Source: Deltaproteobacteria bacterium (lineage in GTDB: Bacteria > Desulfobacterota_D > UBA1144 > Nemesobacterales > CSP1-2). From it: a DNA stretch of 32,190 nt. Made by a program: the position numbers and the translations under genes. Shown here piece after piece: positions 27,708-32,190 of this stretch. The notes under the pieces are model-generated. The model searched no databases. It worked only from the letters and a program-made list of their open reading frames with translations, and was not told the DNA's origin. The DNA lies in NCBI GenBank assembly GCA_016187835.1, contig JACPIY010000029.1, positions 1 through 32,190 of the forward strand, written 5' to 3'. The stretch's first letter is position 1; the number at the start of each line of letters is the position of its first letter.

Positions 27708-28844
27708 TTATCCCAAATCTCTTAGTACCTTCCTAGCCTTTTCGGGCTCGTGTAGTGTGCCCAGCTTTTCGAAGATGTGGAGAGCCTGGGTAGTATATTT
27801 CTTTGCCTTATCTTTTTCCCCTTTTTCTTTGTATAACCTTCCTAAGCTAATATAACTCTTAGCAAGCTCGTTTTTTGCTCCTATTTCTTTAAGGATTCTA
27901 ATGCTATCTTCAATATAATTTTTAGCCTTATTAAAATCATTTCCACCGTATATTTCCCCTAAGACTCTATAAGCCATTCCCTCCCAGTGTCTAAAGCCGC
28001 TCTCTTTACTGATCTCTAAAGCTCTTTTTATCGTTTCCAGAGCTTTATCCCTTTCACCAATGGATAAATAAGCCTCTCCTAAATAGATGCTGGTTACAAC
28101 TTCTTGAAGTTTCAGTCCAAACTGTTTGCCCTGTTGGATAGCTTTCTCCATACACTCTATTCCCTTCTTTAACTGACCGTCCTTATAATAAGCCGCGCCA
28201 AGAAATCCTGTAGCAAATGTAGCAAATATCGGTGGGGGAGACATTTCGAGACACCTTTCACAGTACTTAATCGCTATGTCCCATTCTCCTTTTTCTAAAT
28301 GGGGAAGAGCGGCAAACCAGCATGCCAATGCCATGAGGTTGTTGTCTGATATTTCTTCACTTTTTTTCAGAAGCTTTTGTATATAGTTTATGCTTTTATC
28401 CCAGTTACCCGTAAACCAATAATATGCTCCTATGGCTTCGAAAGCCCTACCAAGCCAATAATGCTCTCCCAGTCTCTCTAGAATTTTTACACCTTTTTGG
28501 ACGATGGGAATCACCTTCTTAAATTCACCCTTGTACAAATAGTTATATCCTTGCCTTACGGATGCTAATCCAATAATTCTTTCATTTTTTGTTAACTCAG
28601 CTAGTTCAATCGACTTCGTACAGTACCGAATTGCATATTCAAGGTCTCCCCTCACTGAATAATAAAATCCCATTTTAAAGTAGTATTCTGCCAGCCTGTC
28701 TTTATCCCCAAGCTCTTCTACTATTGGTAGATTCTTTTCTAAGGTTCTTATATGTTCTTTAAATCGATTCATAAGACGCATAACTCTTGCCTGCTTTATG
28801 AATATATCTACCCTCTTTTCTTTATTTGCCCTGGTATTAGGCAT
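27708..28844 (-). CDS. TPR-repeat fragment (C-terminal part of the disrupted cyclase/STAND/TPR gene)
   Basis: Consecutive TPR units. Its reading frame is open upstream through VGYYEEALKRLDKMPNT, overlapping the end of the 28880..30688 ORF in another frame (-1 frameshift near 28882). Confidence 0.7.
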   Translation of the reverse strand: MPNTRANKEKRVDIFIKQARVMRLMNRFKEHIRTLEKNLPIVEELGDKDRLAEYYFKMGFYYSVRGDLEYAIRYCTKSIELAELTKNERIIGLASVRQGYNYLYKGEFKKVIPIVQKGVKILERLGEHYWLGRAFEAIGAYYWFTGNWDKSINYIQKLLKKSEEISDNNLMALACWFAALPHLEKGEWDIAIKYCERCLEMSPPPIFATFATGFLGAAYYKDGQLKKGIECMEKAIQQGKQFGLKLQEVVTSIYLGEAYLSIGERDKALETIKRALEISKESGFRHWEGMAYRVLGEIYGGNDFNKAKNYIEDSIRILKEIGAKNELAKSYISLGRLYKEKGEKDKAKKYTTQALHIFEKLGTLHEPEKARKVLRDLG

Positions 28845-28879
28845 CTTATCCAGTCTCTTAAGAGCTTCTTCATAGTATC

Positions 28880-30688
28880 CTACGCATCCTCGGTAGAATA
28901 AATCTTTGCAGACTTATCCCCTGCTAAGGTCAAATAATCTACTGCCTTTTCATCCCTGGTGCTTCTCCTATAGTGATATGCTAATAGCTCATAATTCTCT
29001 TCCAGTTTATCCCCATATAAGTCCTCTAATATCTCTCCTATCTTTCCGTGTAATTCTTTTCTTCTTTTAATAAGGAGGCTATTATAAGCTACTTCCTGTG
29101 TAAGGCTGTGTTTGAATCGGTATTCTAAGTCTGGAAAGAGGCTTTTCTCATATATTAGCTCTAAACCTTTTAGCTGAGTAAGATAATCCTGAAGCTCTTC
29201 TTCTATCTCAATTATCTCTTTTAGCAATTTATAGCTAAATTCCCTACCAATAACAGAGGCATATTGAAGTGTCCTTTTAAGATTCTCTTCCAACCTGTCA
29301 ATCCTCGCCATTATAATGTCCTGTATAGTATCAGGTACATCCACCTCTGCTATACTCTTGCTAATACTGTAGCCATCTTCTCTTCTAACAATTATCTCTG
29401 ACTCAATGAAAGACTTAATAATCTCTTCTACATAAAAAGGAATTCCATCGGCTTTGTTTGTAACTAATTTAATTAGCTCTCCAGTTACTCTTTCACTATC
29501 TAAGATTGATTTTATCATCTCCTCTACTTCCTTATCTGACAGCCGACTTGGAGCAATTTGAATGTGATAGGATTTTTCACTCCATTTAGCCCTGTAACCG
29601 GGGCGACTTGTAAGAATTAGCATTATCTTACTGCTGGGTATATTATCTATAAGGAAGGTCAAAAACTCCTCAGATGCACCATCTATCCAGTGAAGATTCT
29701 CAACCGCTACAACAAGTGGTCTCAAGTTGCTATCGGCTAAAATTATATTCTTTAAGGTCTCAAGTGTCCTTTTCCTTTTATCTCTTAGGTCTAAGCTCTT
29801 AAGAAGAGCATCTGTCTCAATTGAAAGTATGTCGTAGAGGAAAGGAATACTCCCCTCTAAGTTTGGGTCTATATCTCTTATCCCTTTCTCTATATTCTTT
29901 CTTATCGTTCTTTCAGTATCTAGATTATCTATTCGAAACCTCTTTTTTATAATATCTGTAACAGGTAAATAAGAGATCGATTTTCCATATGAAATACATC
30001 TACCTTCTAAGTAAAGTATTTTTTCATCTTCTATGAGTTTCCTAAACTCGTAAAGAAGCCGAGATTTACCTATTCCTGCATCACCTATTATGGTTACAAC
30101 CTGTCCCGCCCCTTCCTTCACCTGCTCCCAGCATTCCAGCAAAAGCTCTACTTCCTTCTCTCTTCCCACAAGCGGAGTCAGCCCTTTAGTGATAGAAACA
30201 TCAAACCGGCTCCGAACACCACTCTCATGGAGCACACGATACACATCCAACGGAGTTGAAAATCCCTTTAACGTGTGCAGGCCGAGGTAATGGTACTCGA
30301 ATAATCCCTCAACCAGACGATATGTGGCAGAACTGATCACCACCGTATAAGGCTCTGCTACACTCAGCAGCCGAGCAGCAATGTTAGGTGTCCCACCCAC
30401 GATCTCTATAGGTTCCCGCGTATCTTTTACTTTCATTTCTCCTATTACCATAAGACCTGTATGTATTCCTACGCGCACCTGTAGTGGTAATTGTACTTGT
30501 GTGTTCTCTAGGGGCAGTTGACCAAACGCATCTACAATCTCCAACCCTGCGCATACTGCCCTTTTTGCATCATCTTCATGTGCCGACGGATAACCAAAGT
30601 AGACCAACAGCCCATCATCAAAGTATCTTGCTATGCGTCCCTCAAAGCGGCTGACCAACTTTGAGGAGACATCGAGATGGGTACGCAT
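28880..30688 (-). CDS. Class III adenylate/guanylate cyclase domain + STAND (AAA_16-type) NTPase fragment of a disrupted gene
   Basis: Cyclase motifs (RFEGRIARYFDDGLLVYFGYP, IGIHTGLMVIGE). Walker A VVTIIGDAGIGKSRL. The listed Met start is internal. The same frame upstream reads [17 protein letters not shown], and the first 15 cyclase residues ([14 protein letters not shown]) are in the sigma-54 activator frame. Confidence 0.7.
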   Translation of the reverse strand: MRTHLDVSSKLVSRFEGRIARYFDDGLLVYFGYPSAHEDDAKRAVCAGLEIVDAFGQLPLENTQVQLPLQVRVGIHTGLMVIGEMKVKDTREPIEIVGGTPNIAARLLSVAEPYTVVISSATYRLVEGLFEYHYLGLHTLKGFSTPLDVYRVLHESGVRSRFDVSITKGLTPLVGREKEVELLLECWEQVKEGAGQVVTIIGDAGIGKSRLLYEFRKLIEDEKILYLEGRCISYGKSISYLPVTDIIKKRFRIDNLDTERTIRKNIEKGIRDIDPNLEGSIPFLYDILSIETDALLKSLDLRDKRKRTLETLKNIILADSNLRPLVVAVENLHWIDGASEEFLTFLIDNIPSSKIMLILTSRPGYRAKWSEKSYHIQIAPSRLSDKEVEEMIKSILDSERVTGELIKLVTNKADGIPFYVEEIIKSFIESEIIVRREDGYSISKSIAEVDVPDTIQDIIMARIDRLEENLKRTLQYASVIGREFSYKLLKEIIEIEEELQDYLTQLKGLELIYEKSLFPDLEYRFKHSLTQEVAYNSLLIKRRKELHGKIGEILEDLYGDKLEENYELLAYHYRRSTRDEKAVDYLTLAGDKSAKIYSTEDA

Positions 30689-31929
30689 TACCTCCTGCAG
30701 GTCTTAAGGATCAATCTGTTCCGACATAGACGTAAAACCCCTACTAAATCACAAAACATAACCGTTAGATGGCGGCGCTCGGGCTGTCGTGAACCCTGAG
30801 CCGTGAGCCTAGTCGAACGGTCGAAGGGCCGAACTGTCTTTTTAGGTCTGATGTGCCTGCCCTTGTCTTTTTGATTGCCCGGCTCTTTATCTATGTCGGT
30901 AGATCTGGAGGTTAGAGCCTCATTATATTTCTTTAATTTTTTTATCAGCCCTTGCCTTGTAAGCCCCAGAATCTTGGAAGTCTTTTGCTTATTCCCCCTG
31001 TTTTTCTCCAGGACTTCTTTTATCAAACGAATCTCATATTCCTCTACCACCTCTTTAAGAGATTGGTTTTCTTCCTCAGTATGAGCGTATTGCAATATGT
31101 TCATACCCAATACAGGATTTTTTCGGGCCACACTTCTCACGTTTTCTGAGAGATCGCTTTCATCAATAACATCATTATCGGCCAAAATTGCCGCACGCTT
31201 TACCTCATTCTCTAACTCTCTTACATTTCCAGGCCAACTGTAGTTAACAAGGCAATCCATTGCCTCAGAAGAAAAATGCATAGAGCCCCTTCCTAATTTG
31301 TTTGCAAAGCTACTTAAGAAATACTGGGCGAGAAGGGGGATGTCCTCCTTCATTTCACGAAGCGGAGGCATATGAACAAGGACTACATTTAGCCGGTAAT
31401 ACAGGTCTTCACGGAAGCTCCCCTTCTTTATCTCATTCTTTAAGTCTTTATTTGTAGCCGCAAGAACCCTTACATCTACATTAATCGCACTTCTCCCTCC
31501 AACCCTCTCCATTTTTCTCTCCTGAAGCACACGAAGGAGTTTTGTCTGAGCAGGAAGGCTCATGTCTCCTATTTCATCCAGAAACAGCGTCCCACCGTTT
31601 GCCATCTCAATCTTTCCTACTCTCCTTTCTACCCCTGTAGCTACCCCCTTTTCAATGCCAAAAAGCTCACTCTCAAGTAGGCTCTCCGGCAGTGCCCCAC
31701 AGTTAATGTCTATGAAAGGTTTCCCAAAGCGTGAGCTATTGTAGTGGATTGTACGCGCCACAAGTTCCTTTCCCATCCCACTTTCTCCAGTAATAAGGAC
31801 GCTCAGAGGACTGTCGGAAATCTTTTCTATTAACCTTACTACCTCCTGTATTCTCGGACTTGTTCCTATAATGTTGTTTACAAAGAACCTGCCCTTGGCT
31901 TTTTCTCTACCTTCACTCTTAGGGTTCAT
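30688..31929 (-). CDS. Sigma-54-dependent transcriptional activator (AAA+ sigma-54 interaction domain + Fis-type HTH, no receiver domain), with an unusual 60-aa C-terminal tail running in frame into the cyclase start
   Basis: Walker [24 protein letters not shown] (GAFTGA-like loop), Walker [10 protein letters not shown]-finger region, C-terminal [22 protein letters not shown]. The tail ...[18 protein letters not shown] is a cyclase N-terminus. Confidence 0.8.
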   Translation of the reverse strand: MNPKSEGREKAKGRFFVNNIIGTSPRIQEVVRLIEKISDSPLSVLITGESGMGKELVARTIHYNSSRFGKPFIDINCGALPESLLESELFGIEKGVATGVERRVGKIEMANGGTLFLDEIGDMSLPAQTKLLRVLQERKMERVGGRSAINVDVRVLAATNKDLKNEIKKGSFREDLYYRLNVVLVHMPPLREMKEDIPLLAQYFLSSFANKLGRGSMHFSSEAMDCLVNYSWPGNVRELENEVKRAAILADNDVIDESDLSENVRSVARKNPVLGMNILQYAHTEEENQSLKEVVEEYEIRLIKEVLEKNRGNKQKTSKILGLTRQGLIKKLKKYNEALTSRSTDIDKEPGNQKDKGRHIRPKKTVRPFDRSTRLTAQGSRQPERRHLTVMFCDLVGVLRLCRNRLILKTCRR

Positions 31930-32147
31930 AATAACGTTCCTTTATTTTATTAACCGATTATTAGGCATATTCTGCTCCTTGTCATGCCCGAATGCATCAA
32001 TCGAGCATCCATAAACGGCTAAATACTGGATTCCCGCTTAAGACATGCGGGAATGATAACATGAAAAAGTTGTGCACCTCTGGCGATAGATTTGATAAAC
32101 TATCGCTGGACCAAAAACCAAAATAGGAGGTGCACGATATGAAATAT

Positions 32148-32190
32148 ATAGGGATTGACAATCATAAGCAATATTTTGTAGCCTCAGTGG
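32148..32190 (+). CDS. 5' end of a putative IS110-family (DEDD) transposase, truncated by window end
   Basis: AGGAGG SD 7 nt upstream of ATG. N-terminus MKYIGIDNHKQYFVASV fits the M..IGIDxxK......V start of IS110-family transposases. Confidence 0.35.
   Translation, partial: MGIDNHKQYFVASV

Noticed and set aside
16197-30706. Stop-codon reassignment (TAA read as sense) to explain three in-frame TAAs
   Set aside because: Several intact, well-conserved genes in the window terminate at TAA (msrAB, SPFH, SNase, moxR). No bacterial TAA reassignment is established.
1-32190. CRISPR arrays and sigma-54 -24/-12 promoters
   Set aside because: No regularly spaced short direct repeats with unique spacers were seen. 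TGGCA occurrences lack a correctly spaced TTGC element.

Overview
This window looks like AT-rich (~40% GC) bacterial chromosome with accessory-region character: three families of intergenic repeats, several decayed genes, and one large fusion protein that may be a defense module. The gene order is as follows.

- **Repeat-flanked oxidative-stress cassette.** A ~4.8 kb cassette sits between two direct copies of a ~370-400 bp repeat (family A). It holds a GC-rich chimeric MFS-transporter/VOC-dioxygenase gene, a 3-hydroxybutyrate-dehydrogenase-like SDR, a Met/His/Glu-rich PAEQ-repeat lipoprotein, a 2Fe-2S ferredoxin, a ferritin-like protein and a Fur/PerR-family regulator. A secreted MsrA-MsrB fusion lies just outside copy 2 of the repeat.
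- **Second repeat-flanked pair.** An SPFH/prohibitin gene and a small zinc-ribbon membrane gene sit between two copies of a second ~290 bp repeat (family B).
- **Stand-out gene.** A 1250-aa single polypeptide combines an Upf1-like SF1 helicase (with a ~430-aa coiled-coil insertion), a single-HKD PLD nuclease and tandem topoisomerase-type zinc ribbons. This resembles Mokosh/Nhi-type defense proteins. A secreted staphylococcal-type thermonuclease gene follows it.
- **Orphan and pseudogene.** An orphan NuoM-like subunit is followed by a TPR lipoprotein pseudogene.
- **MoxR operon.** A MoxR AAA+ gene sits in an operon with a secreted peptidase-MA/TPR protein and a 1028-aa membrane coiled-coil protein.
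- **Pterin cluster.** A tetrahydrobiopterin-type cluster carries two PTPS paralogs (one eukaryote-like), GTP cyclohydrolase I and an SDR reductase.
- **Decayed tail.** A sulfite-oxidase-like Mo-domain gene is interrupted by an in-frame TAA. A truncated hemA fragment follows, then ~700 nt of gene-free sequence and a small hypothetical gene. Next is a multiply disrupted adenylate-cyclase/STAND-ATPase/TPR gene fused in frame to a sigma-54 activator, and finally the start of an IS110-like transposase.

The window contains three in-frame TAA codons and at least three -1 frameshifts inside otherwise conserved genes. These are either genuine genome decay or systematic assembly error. The overall composition (PerR, MoxR/Bat-like operon, cyclase-STAND-TPR, sigma-54 activator, IS110-like element, pseudogene load) would fit a Leptospira-like spirochete, but that is tentative.
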